From the IMG/VR virus record IMGVR_UViG_3300033998_000133: a DNA stretch of 34,140 nucleotides. The stretch is one strand, 5' to 3'. This document shows, piece after piece, positions 26,956-34,140 of this stretch; position 1 is the stretch's first letter; every line of letters starts with the position of its first letter. Origin of the DNA: a virus (lineage: Duplodnaviria > Caudoviricetes). A program made the translations under genes and the position numbers. Below the pieces are notes generated by a model. That model was not told where the DNA came from. It ran no database searches and saw nothing but the letters and a program-made list of their open reading frames with translations.

Positions 26956-27998
26956 TGGGTTTCGGTGAAGAGCTTTGGAAACTTACGCCCCCTTTCTTGA
27001 AGCGGGCGGCCCGTAAAGAAGACAGCGACACCTGGGTCTGGCTTAGTACACTGAGTGCTGTTTTTGACCGGGCGCGGGAAAAAGTGTTCCTGGTGCGCAG
27101 GCAGGCCCTGGTCCCCACAGCCAGCGGACCTGCCCTGGACTGGCACGGGCGGGACTGGAAAATGCCCCGCTATCCGGGAGAAACTGACGAGGCATACCGG
27201 GAACGGCTCAAGATTGCGCCGGAATTTTACCTGCGGTCCGGCACGAAACGTGGTCTCCGGGCCGTGCTGGATGTCCTGGGGTATCCAGATGCTGAAATTT
27301 ACCCGTTGTACAAAGAGAAATACAAGTTCCGCTTCCTGGATGAAAGCTGGGGATTGGGCGATGGCTTAACTCTGGAACCAGTGGTGCCAGACGCCAGGCT
27401 TGACTACCTGGGCAAGTGGTCCCAACTGGCAATTAAACTCAAAATCGGCGACCAGCCCTTTACCCGCGACCAGCATGACATTTTGATGAGGCACCTGGAC
27501 ATGGTGAGGCCGCCCGAGGGCAGGATCTACGCCGTAATGTTCAGCGTGGTGGCGGAAACCAGGATATTCTACCATGTTTCAGGCAAACTGGCGGCCACCC
27601 TGGAGGCCATGACCTCGACCGAGGAGGCCGTCCTGAACCGGAAAAGGGTGCTTGACGGCAGCTGGCAGCTGGGAAGCAGGCAGAGGTCTTTAATCCATGC
27701 GACCATTGAGACGGAAACCAGGCCCCTGCAAGAAAAACCGGTCTATCATACCCTGGCTGAAGGGATGTGGTATCTGGACGGCGGCGGCCCAAGGTACCAG
27801 CTGGACGGGAGATGGGCGCTTTCCGCTCCCATTACCCTTGGTGATACCATCATTCGCCTGGACGGCCAGCATACCCTGGTGGAAGGATTAAAGCTGGATG
27901 CCAGCTGGGTTTTGGACCAGTATGCCGAACCGCGCCACAAGTGTTCCATCACCGAGTGGAAAGACGGCCAGCTGACTGAAAGGAGGTGGCTACAGTGA
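26955..27998 (+). CDS. Baseplate/tail protein (gpI/gp48-like N-terminus) with LDGxWxL repeats
   Basis: ALDWHGRDWKMPRYPGETDEAYRERL...GTKRGL. Repeats LDESWGL, LDGSWQL, LDGRWAL and LDASWVL. Confidence 0.75.
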   Translation: MGFGEELWKLTPPFLKRAARKEDSDTWVWLSTLSAVFDRAREKVFLVRRQALVPTASGPALDWHGRDWKMPRYPGETDEAYRERLKIAPEFYLRSGTKRGLRAVLDVLGYPDAEIYPLYKEKYKFRFLDESWGLGDGLTLEPVVPDARLDYLGKWSQLAIKLKIGDQPFTRDQHDILMRHLDMVRPPEGRIYAVMFSVVAETRIFYHVSGKLAATLEAMTSTEEAVLNRKRVLDGSWQLGSRQRSLIHATIETETRPLQEKPVYHTLAEGMWYLDGGGPRYQLDGRWALSAPITLGDTIIRLDGQHTLVEGLKLDASWVLDQYAEPRHKCSITEWKDGQLTERRWLQ

Positions 27999-28372
27999 AC
28001 GAAGTAACCACAACCCAGGGTAAGATTGACCTGGCCAGGGCTAGGGCCGGGGAAATACCCATCCCCAAGATCACCCATATCGCCCTGGGAACCGGCGGGC
28101 ACGAACCGGGAGACCCGACCAAGCCGGTACCCCCTTCTCCCGACCAGTTGGCCCTGGAAAATGAGATTTTACGGAAGCCCGTGAGCATCGAGAGAACTGG
28201 CAACGTGAACCGCTACTGGATTGAACTTGGGAAGGACGAGGCCAACGGTCAGGTTATTACTGAAGAGGGGTTAATTGACGAGAACGGCACTCTGGTGGCC
28301 GTCAAAACCTTTGGCGGCAAAACAAAAGAAATCGATACTACGCTGGTCTTTGACTGGTACGAAAACTTTTAG
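27995..28372 (+). CDS. Tail-fibre/collar N-terminal-domain protein
   Basis: TTQGK...ITHIALGTGG...L.NEI...ITEEGLIDENGTLVAVKTF. Confidence 0.78.
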   Translation: MNEVTTTQGKIDLARARAGEIPIPKITHIALGTGGHEPGDPTKPVPPSPDQLALENEILRKPVSIERTGNVNRYWIELGKDEANGQVITEEGLIDENGTLVAVKTFGGKTKEIDTTLVFDWYENF

Positions 28373-28385
28373 GAGGTGAAGCTCC

Positions 28386-28814
28386 ATGCCGGATTTAATT
28401 GGCCAGGACATATACAAGGACAGGATTAGGGAACTGGAAATAACCGACCCGGCCCACCCGTCCACCTGGAACCCGAATTACCAGGACCTTATTAACAATG
28501 ACGTGCATCTAAAAGGGCAAATCACTGGGATTCAAAATGAGATCGAGGCAGCCAGGGGAGGTTTCGGCAGCCTTGATGCCCGCCTGGATGCCATGGAAAC
28601 CCAAACGATGCAGGGGGAACGATCTTTTGCCTCGACCAGCGGCGTGACCGTGACCCACAACTTGGGCCACACGAACTACATTGTGAACATCGCGGCCTTG
28701 GCGGACACCGGCGGCGACCTGGGCGACGTATATGTGGTCAAGGCGGCTAATGCCTTCACAGTTTACAATACCGGAGGCTTTGCTGGGCCATTCCGGTACC
28801 AGATCATGACATAG
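28386..28814 (+). CDS. Tail fibre-associated protein
   Basis: DPAHPSTWN...LINNDVHLK; EIEAARGGFGSLDARLD; VTHNLG. Confidence 0.7.
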   Translation: MPDLIGQDIYKDRIRELEITDPAHPSTWNPNYQDLINNDVHLKGQITGIQNEIEAARGGFGSLDARLDAMETQTMQGERSFASTSGVTVTHNLGHTNYIVNIAALADTGGDLGDVYVVKAANAFTVYNTGGFAGPFRYQIMT

Positions 28815-28826
28815 GAGGGTTGACAA

Positions 28827-29198
28827 ATGGCGATTATGCAAACGGATCCCAGGCGACCCAATGAGGCCGTGGCCATTGACCCGGCAAATCCCAACCGCAT
28901 CCAGGTGTCTCCCTTTCCGTATTTCGGGGGGAACACCGCGCCAGCAACCATCGACGCCACACCCTTCCAGGGCGGCCCGCTGCGCGTGTACCTCGACCCG
29001 GATGGCAGCATATCGACCGACTTGTATCGCGATCATTACTGGCTCCTGGCCGAGGCCATCCTCCCAGAGCGCCGGTACGAAAACCAACCTACCGGCCAGG
29101 TGGACGAAAACGGCCAGCCCATGATGGCGATGGTGGAGCTTCCATTAGATTTGAATGACGTGGAAATCATAGTATTTCCTCTTCCGGAGGTGGTATAA
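28827..29198 (+). CDS. Hypothetical tail-associated protein
   Basis: GGAGG SD; coupled between the fibre gene and the DGR target. Confidence 0.65.
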   Translation: MAIMQTDPRRPNEAVAIDPANPNRIQVSPFPYFGGNTAPATIDATPFQGGPLRVYLDPDGSISTDLYRDHYWLLAEAILPERRYENQPTGQVDENGQPMMAMVELPLDLNDVEIIVFPLPEVV

Positions 29199-30734
29199 GT
29201 GGCAAATATTAGTAAGTTGTCGCTTGCGGCATTGCGTGATTGGCTATTGAGCCAGGTTCGGGAGCAAGTATTTTGGCACAACTCCAAAGCTGATGGCACT
29301 GGCACCATGGTGGCCAGTGTGATGGTCTACATCCCGCGCTTTCGTGTACCTGCAGGTATATGGGAGGGATGGCCTCCAGTCGAAATCAAGTCGCCGGGGT
29401 TCTGGTTCGATAAATATCCTTGCAGCCAGCCTGATGCAACTTCGCAGAGCCGTGGCAGCACGCCTCCCAACTCCCCCGGCCTGGTGGCCGCAGTAAGCCA
29501 GGCGGGGGTGGTAGCCTGGACGGACATCAACCAGCCCAATTCCAAGATAGTTTGCAGCAACAGGAAAATCAATGGCCGTTCCTGCCACCTCATAACCTTG
29601 GAGGAAGCCAGGGCTGTCATGTTCGTGAAAGAACTCATCGGACATGTCCTGTATGGAAACAACTACTGGGGGCGGGATTACCGCGATCCTGCTTCTTGGG
29701 AGTATTATGGAGAGCCCGACCCGGTGGTCGCTTCATATACCAAACAATATTCGCCTACCGGGTATTCTCGCGTTTTAACCGGCACTGGGCCGAACAAGTG
29801 GGCGCACAATGGTCTTGCAATCGGCGGCGCAATGGATTTTATCGGCATCTGGCAATGGACGGATTTTGAAATTACCGATGGCCGCTACCAGGCGATTAAG
29901 AAGGCGGCTATAAATGATGTCGATGGCATCACCGCCGCTGACACCGCCATTGTGATCGACGGGGTAGAAAAGCCGGAGTTTTGGCCTGTAAATAATGGGC
30001 TGGTCTTAATCAAGGCTGAAGGAACGAACACGGACGAATATGTGATCTATGACTCCTTCGTGAACAACGGCGATGGTACCTACACTCTCAGCGGCTGCCA
30101 GCGTGGCCAGAAGGGCACCGCTGCCAGTGCCCACGCCAACGACGCCTTGGTGCAGCAAATCACTGACTACTGCGTGATACCGGGCGGCTGGACCGCCAAG
30201 ATCGCTGATGCCGGACTCAATAACACCGCCAACCCAGCCACCTTTACCTACAGCGACCTGGTGTTGGGACCGGGCGGGGCCAACCCGGCAGTGAACGACG
30301 TTCTCCAGTGCCAGAACGAGCAACTAATTATTACGGCTGTCAACGGGAACAGCATCACAGTCAGTCGTGGAGCCAATGGCTCAACCGTGGCTGCCCATGC
30401 CCAGGGGATCGGCATTGCGCGTATTTCACCACAGATGACGAATGATAATGTGGCAGCTACTGGTGACTACGGCGCATACCAATTTAACAGGATCGTGAGC
30501 TTCAGGACTGAACCGGAACTGCTGGCCCTGGGCCTGCCTGCTTCTGTGTCCTCTGGCGGCTCTAGCCGTTTTGGCGATGGCTTCTGGCTGCGGGTCTATG
30601 GCCAACGTGCGGGCCTTGTTGGCGGGAGCTGGGTCGATGGGTCGGGTGTGGCCCGTGGTTGGGCGGTCAACTTGTTCGCTCCGCCGTCGGGCGCGGTCAT
30701 CGTCATCGCCCCCCGCGCCGCTTTGCGCCTGTAA
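29199..30734 (+). CDS. DGR target protein (CLec/FGE-like fold, probable receptor-binding tail protein)
   Basis: VMVYIPRF, FWFDKYPCS, CHLITLEE, LTGTGP..WAHNG, GIWQW. C-terminal VR GGSW...G...APRAA. Confidence 0.88.
   Translation: MANISKLSLAALRDWLLSQVREQVFWHNSKADGTGTMVASVMVYIPRFRVPAGIWEGWPPVEIKSPGFWFDKYPCSQPDATSQSRGSTPPNSPGLVAAVSQAGVVAWTDINQPNSKIVCSNRKINGRSCHLITLEEARAVMFVKELIGHVLYGNNYWGRDYRDPASWEYYGEPDPVVASYTKQYSPTGYSRVLTGTGPNKWAHNGLAIGGAMDFIGIWQWTDFEITDGRYQAIKKAAINDVDGITAADTAIVIDGVEKPEFWPVNNGLVLIKAEGTNTDEYVIYDSFVNNGDGTYTLSGCQRGQKGTAASAHANDALVQQITDYCVIPGGWTAKIADAGLNNTANPATFTYSDLVLGPGGANPAVNDVLQCQNEQLIITAVNGNSITVSRGANGSTVAAHAQGIGIARISPQMTNDNVAATGDYGAYQFNRIVSFRTEPELLALGLPASVSSGGSSRFGDGFWLRVYGQRAGLVGGSWVDGSGVARGWAVNLFAPPSGAVIVIAPRAALRL
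30604..30722 (+). repeat. DGR variable repeat (VR)
   Basis: 119-bp ungapped match to 31177-31295; all 15 mismatches are opposite TR adenines. Confidence 0.97.
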
Positions 30735-30761
30735 CCTGAATCCTGAAAACTGAAATCCTGA

Positions 30762-30783
30762 TGGCCCCGCGATAGCGGGGCCA
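30762..30783 (+). other. DGR target-recognition hairpin/cruciform downstream of VR/IMH
   Basis: Perfect 9-bp stem TGGCCCCGC / GCGGGGCCA with a GATA loop (GRNA-type), about 40 bp after VR. Confidence 0.85.
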
Positions 30784-30811
30784 GGGCAAACTTATTTTGC
30801 AGGAGAAATTG

Positions 30812-31156
30812 ATGACTAAGAAGTTTGAGCTTGAAGAGAAATGCCGGGAGATGATGGAATTCGCTTATATGGCCCTTCGGGACATCCCACGTGACTATCG
30901 CTATACATTAGGGGCAGACATCCGTAATTCGGCCATGAATTTGATGCAGTTAATAGTCCGCTGCAGAAAACGCTATTACAAGAAAACCACCTTAGAGGAC
31001 ATGGATATCGAATTAGAAACACTTCGTTCATTCATCCGCATAGCGGCAGACACTAATGTTATTTCCAAAGGAGAATATGGTGCTTGGGCTGAAAAGCTAG
31101 ACGAAATCGGTCGCTTGATTGGTGGCTGGCAGCGATCCGTTAGAAATAAGCAATAA
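30812..31156 (+). CDS. avd: DGR accessory variability determinant (four-helix-bundle Avd)
   Basis: IPRDYRYTLGADIRN...KKTTLEDMDIELETLR...EIGRLIGGW; lies between VR and TR. Confidence 0.92.
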   Translation: MTKKFELEEKCREMMEFAYMALRDIPRDYRYTLGADIRNSAMNLMQLIVRCRKRYYKKTTLEDMDIELETLRSFIRIAADTNVISKGEYGAWAEKLDEIGRLIGGWQRSVRNKQ

Positions 31157-31176
31157 ACTATTAGGGCTTGGGCTGA

Positions 31177-31295
31177 AACGTGCGGGCCTTGTTGGCGGGA
31201 ACTGGGACAATGGGTCGAATGTGGCCCGTGGTTGGGCGGTCAACTTGAACAATCCGCCGTCGAACGCGAACATCAACATCGCCCCCCGCGCCGCT
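31177..31295 (+). ncRNA. DGR template repeat (TR), part of the DGR RNA
   Basis: Adenine-rich copy of VR with nine AAY codons in the VR frame; located between avd and the RT. Confidence 0.96.
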
Positions 31296-31463
31296 CTGCC
31301 TGAAACAAGCGAGAAGGCGGCTGCTTACGGGCGGTCGTCCCAGGCACAGGCAAAGGAGCCCTGGTCCTTGTCGCGCCTGCTTTATGGCCGGCAAAAAATA
31401 AAACACGCCAGACCCGGCTGGTAGGAAATGAAGGCCGGAATCTGGCCTGGTTGGAGGATGAAG

Positions 31464-32519
31464 ATGAGGACTTACGATAATCTATACCCGCAAATTTACG
31501 ACTTTGGAAACCTTTACGAGGCATATTTGAAGGCGCGGCGCGGGCATAGGTATGACCCGGACGTCCTCGTCTTCTCCAGCAACCGGGAGAGCGAACTGAT
31601 CCAGTTGCAGAATGAGCTTATCTGGAAGACTTATCAGACGGGCCAATACCGCCGGTTTTATGTACATGACCCGAAAACCAGGCTAGTGGCCGCCCTCCCT
31701 TTTCGGGACCGCGTGCTGCACCACGCTCTGTGTAATGTTATTGAGCCGCTTTTTGAGCGGAAATATATCTATGACAGCTATGCCTGCCGGATAGGCAAGG
31801 GAACTCACGCCGGTGCGGACCGGGTAACGGAATTTCTCAAAAAAGCTGCAAGAAAATGGCCCAAACCCTACTGCTTGAAAGCCGACATCAGCAAATACTT
31901 TCCGTCAGTGAGGCACAGCACCCTCCTGGGGATAATCAAAAGGACTATTGCTTGCGAAGATACTTTATGGCTTATCCAGGAAATCCTATCAAGCTGGGCG
32001 GATACAGCCGAACCGGATCCACGAGGGCTGCCCATTGGAAACCTAACCTCCCAGTTATTTGCAAATGTTTATTTGGATCAGTTGGATCACTTCATAAAAG
32101 AAGAGCTGCAAGTACCTTATTATGTTCGGTATATGGATGATTTCGTCATAATTTCTGGCGACAAGAAGGAACTGTGGCGGTTGAAGCAGGAGATAGAAGA
32201 TTTTCTTGACGCCAGGCTTAGTTTAAAACTAAATGACAAAACTGGCATATTTCCTGTATCCCACGGTGTGGACTTCCTGGGGTACCGGATCTGGAAAGAC
32301 CATCGCCTGTTACGCAAGCGAAGTACTAAGAGGATTAAGCGTGCCTTAAAACACTTCCAGAAACTTTACAGCCAGGGCAAAATCGACTTCGAGAAGATCA
32401 ACACCACTGTTCAAAGCTGGTTGGGACATGCAAAGCACGCAAACAGTTTTAATTTCAGAAAGAAACTCTTTGACACTTTTTCGTTCATACGGGGAAGAGG
32501 TGATGATCATGAAACTTAA
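31464..32519 (+). CDS. DGR reverse transcriptase
   Basis: FRDRVLHHA, SYACRIGKGTH, LKADISKYFPS, GLPIGNLTSQLFAN, YVRYMDDF, GVDFLGY. About 351 aa with no endonuclease domain. SD GGAGG before ATG 31464. Confidence 0.96.
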   Translation: MRTYDNLYPQIYDFGNLYEAYLKARRGHRYDPDVLVFSSNRESELIQLQNELIWKTYQTGQYRRFYVHDPKTRLVAALPFRDRVLHHALCNVIEPLFERKYIYDSYACRIGKGTHAGADRVTEFLKKAARKWPKPYCLKADISKYFPSVRHSTLLGIIKRTIACEDTLWLIQEILSSWADTAEPDPRGLPIGNLTSQLFANVYLDQLDHFIKEELQVPYYVRYMDDFVIISGDKKELWRLKQEIEDFLDARLSLKLNDKTGIFPVSHGVDFLGYRIWKDHRLLRKRSTKRIKRALKHFQKLYSQGKIDFEKINTTVQSWLGHAKHANSFNFRKKLFDTFSFIRGRGDDHET

Positions 32520-32793
32520 AGGTTTTTGGAATGATCCAGAAGGGTTGGCTATCGGGGATATAGTTATATGGGCTACGTTGCCCCCTTGGTTATATACGGC
32601 CTATCACTACGCTTTGGCAGCTGATTTAAGCGGGAACCAGGTTGACTTCTTTTTAACTCTAACATACCCGCTGTTAATGGTTTTGGGCGGCAAAGCTATT
32701 TCAGACCTGCCGCCGCTTAAAAGGCTGAAAATAGAGTTTCCAATCTCAGATGAAAGGGATGATCGTGGTGTCAACTCAAGCCCGAGGATATGA
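32509..32793 (+). CDS. Small two-TM membrane protein (putative holin/antiholin)
   Basis: Two hydrophobic segments and a charged C-terminus; directly before the endolysin. Alternative ATG at 32503. Confidence 0.55.
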   Translation: MKLKGFWNDPEGLAIGDIVIWATLPPWLYTAYHYALAADLSGNQVDFFLTLTYPLLMVLGGKAISDLPPLKRLKIEFPISDERDDRGVNSSPRI

Positions 32794-33568
32794 ATTGAAG
32801 GAAATGCTCCTTACTTCTGGACGCGGTGGTCGTCCAGGACGCAAAATTCAACCCAAGGCCCTGGTGATCCATTGGACAGCCAATACTAAAGCAGGAGCCG
32901 ACGCGGTAGCCAACCGGGATTATTTTGAGGGGCACCCCCAAAATAAGGTTTCAGCCCACTATATTGTAGACGACCACCAAGTTGTTCAGTGCCTACCCGA
33001 AGACGAAATGGGATATCATGTGGGGGCTTATCGATATCAGCCGAAAGCACTGGAGTTATTGTCCTCTTACCCCAATAACTGCACCATCGGTATCGAGATT
33101 TGTGTCAACGAAGATTGCGATTTCAGGCGGACATACTGGAACACGGTGGCCCTGGCGGCTGATATTCTTCAGCGCTATGGCTGGGGTATTGACCGGCTTT
33201 GGCGGCATTATGACATTACCTGGAAAGATTGTCCGAGATTCTTTGTAAATGACGAGACCGCATGTGCATACGGCTTTACATCGGCAGCGGAGGGTTGGGA
33301 ACAATTCAAGTCTGATGTTAAAAAAGAAATGCAAGGAAAGGGGACGGATAGAATGTTCACTGACATGAGAGGGCATTGGGCCGAAAATGATGTCGAGGAA
33401 GCTGCGAAATTGGGCCTGGTGGCCGGGAAGGGGGACGGAACTTTTGGTCCTGACGATGGAATGACCAGGGCGCAAGGAACGGTGGTGAGCCTACGGGTTT
33501 ACAAGAAGCTAGAGGCTAAAATCATAGCGCTTGAAGAGCGCATCGCTAAATTTGAAGGGAGGGCTTAG
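32765..33568 (+). CDS. Endolysin: N-acetylmuramoyl-L-alanine amidase (Amidase_2) with SLH domain
   Basis: LVIHWTAN, SAHYIVD, YHVG, IGIEIC, RHYDITWKDCP. SLH motif FTDMRGHWA...GTFGPDDGMTRAQ. Start approximate. Confidence 0.92.
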   Translation: MVSTQARGYELKEMLLTSGRGGRPGRKIQPKALVIHWTANTKAGADAVANRDYFEGHPQNKVSAHYIVDDHQVVQCLPEDEMGYHVGAYRYQPKALELLSSYPNNCTIGIEICVNEDCDFRRTYWNTVALAADILQRYGWGIDRLWRHYDITWKDCPRFFVNDETACAYGFTSAAEGWEQFKSDVKKEMQGKGTDRMFTDMRGHWAENDVEEAAKLGLVAGKGDGTFGPDDGMTRAQGTVVSLRVYKKLEAKIIALEERIAKFEGRA

Positions 33569-33570
33569 GA

Positions 33571-33933
33571 ATGCACGATTTATTAATGCAGGTGCTTTAT
33601 GATGTTCTGGTACTTCTGGCCACAGTCGCAGTTGGCTATGCCGTGGCCTGGTTACGGAAAAACCTTGGCGTTGAAGGAATGCGAAAGGTGGAAGTTGAAC
33701 TGGCTGCCAAACAGGAGTTGGCCTCATTGGCGGTCCGCTTTGTAGAGCAGGCTTATCGTAATTTACATGGAGAGGATAAATACCAGAAAGCAGCAGAATG
33801 GCTGGCGGCGCGGGCTGGTGAACTAGGCATGACAATGACGGCAGATGAAATCAAGGGACTTATTGAGGCTGCGTTAAGGGCATTCAAGGATAGATTTGGT
33901 GAGCAGTGGGCGGCAGAGACGACTGGCAGTTAA
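33571..33933 (+). CDS. Phage holin, LL-H family
   Basis: N-terminal TM; AVRFVEQAY...GEDKYQKA...IKGLIEAAL. Confidence 0.82.
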   Translation: MHDLLMQVLYDVLVLLATVAVGYAVAWLRKNLGVEGMRKVEVELAAKQELASLAVRFVEQAYRNLHGEDKYQKAAEWLAARAGELGMTMTADEIKGLIEAALRAFKDRFGEQWAAETTGS

Positions 33934-33943
33934 GCAACAAAAT

Positions 33944-33969
33944 TAGGCAGGGGGTTGAACTCCTGCCTA
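33944..33969. terminator. Hairpin after the holin (probable terminator)
   Basis: TAGGCAGG / CCTGCCTA stem; A-rich 5' flank and only a weak U tract on the plus strand. Confidence 0.55.
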
Positions 33970-33989
33970 CCGCTCTTATACAACTAATT

Positions 33990-34050
33990 ATGCAAAGAAA
34001 TTTTTTGCATCGCTCGTGAGATTTTTTTGCAAAACGCGTGCGAAGCTACA
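33990..34050. repeat. Candidate prophage right end (attR) with transposase-binding repeats
   Basis: TTTTTTGCAnnnCnCGTGnGA at 34001 and 34023 (22-bp period), a partial inverted copy ATGCAAAGAAA at 33990, and terminal CA at 34049-34050. Confidence 0.68.
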
Positions 34051-34096
34051 ATTCACTTCTATTCTTGTATTATTCATCGAAGTGAGTAAAAAAACA

Positions 34097-34125
34097 TTGA
34101 AGTTCAGTCGGAAATTTAATATAAT
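34097..34125 (+). promoter_or_regulatory. Sigma-A promoter of the flanking (probably host) gene
   Basis: TTGAAG, 17 bp, TATAAT; followed by the SD-like GGGAGAGG at the window end. Confidence 0.6.
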
Positions 34126-34140
34126 TGAGACAGGGAGAGG

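Larger units (their letters stand above)
1..34050 (+). mobile_element. Mu-like transposable prophage (contractile tail) carrying a DGR; left end probably outside the window
   Basis: MuA/MuB-like pair, Gam, GemA, Mor, gp27/gp29/gpF/gp32/gp36/gpG-like genes in Mu-like order. No tyrosine or serine integrase seen. Candidate right end ...GCTACA at 34050. Confidence 0.92.

Noticed and set aside
1-29198. A second DGR target (additional VR) elsewhere in the window
   Set aside because: No further TR-like sequence was found by eye; short matches such as GTGCGGGCC near 4262 do not extend. A BLASTn of TR against the whole genome would be decisive.
31119-31424. 101-aa ORF spanning TR, similar to the target C-terminus
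   Set aside because: It is the TR read in the VR frame. It overlaps avd and lacks a clear SD, so it is treated as non-coding template RNA.
31464-32519. RT as group II intron, retron or Abi RT
   Set aside because: The adjacent avd, the TR/VR pair with adenine-only differences and the LPIGNLTSQ motif indicate a DGR.
1-34140. CRISPR arrays, tRNA/rRNA genes, integrase, invertase
   Set aside because: No repeat-spacer pattern, RNA gene or recombinase motif was recognised.

Overview
Nearly the whole window is a Mu-like (transposable) prophage with a contractile tail. The host is probably a Clostridia-type Firmicute, judging from the strong GGAGG Shine-Dalgarno sites, the SLH-domain endolysin and the LL-H holin. 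Gene order: small regulators, DDE transposase (MuA-like), MuB-like AAA ATPase, Gam, DnaC-like ATPase, GemA, Mor, terminases, portal fused to gpF, protease/scaffold, capsid, sheath/tube, frameshifted tail chaperone, tape measure, baseplate and tail fibre genes. Next comes a complete diversity-generating retroelement (DGR): a CLec-type target with VR (30604-30722), a GATA-loop hairpin, avd, TR (31177-31295) and an RT. All 15 VR/TR differences sit at TR adenines. A lysis cassette and a candidate Mu-type right end (...CA at 34050) follow. The left end and the immunity repressor appear to lie upstream of base 1. Less expected signals: two unannotated tandem paralogous micro-ORFs (minus strand, 1317-1592) carrying the same L-x5-L[DN]GxWxL[GS]S motif as the phage's own tail protein, a promoter inside a perfect 13-bp inverted repeat, a helically phased TAAC array near the genome middle, a lambda gpA-type terminase in a Mu-like phage, and recurring F-A-E motifs in head proteins. 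All protein family calls come from motif recognition and synteny; no database search was run.
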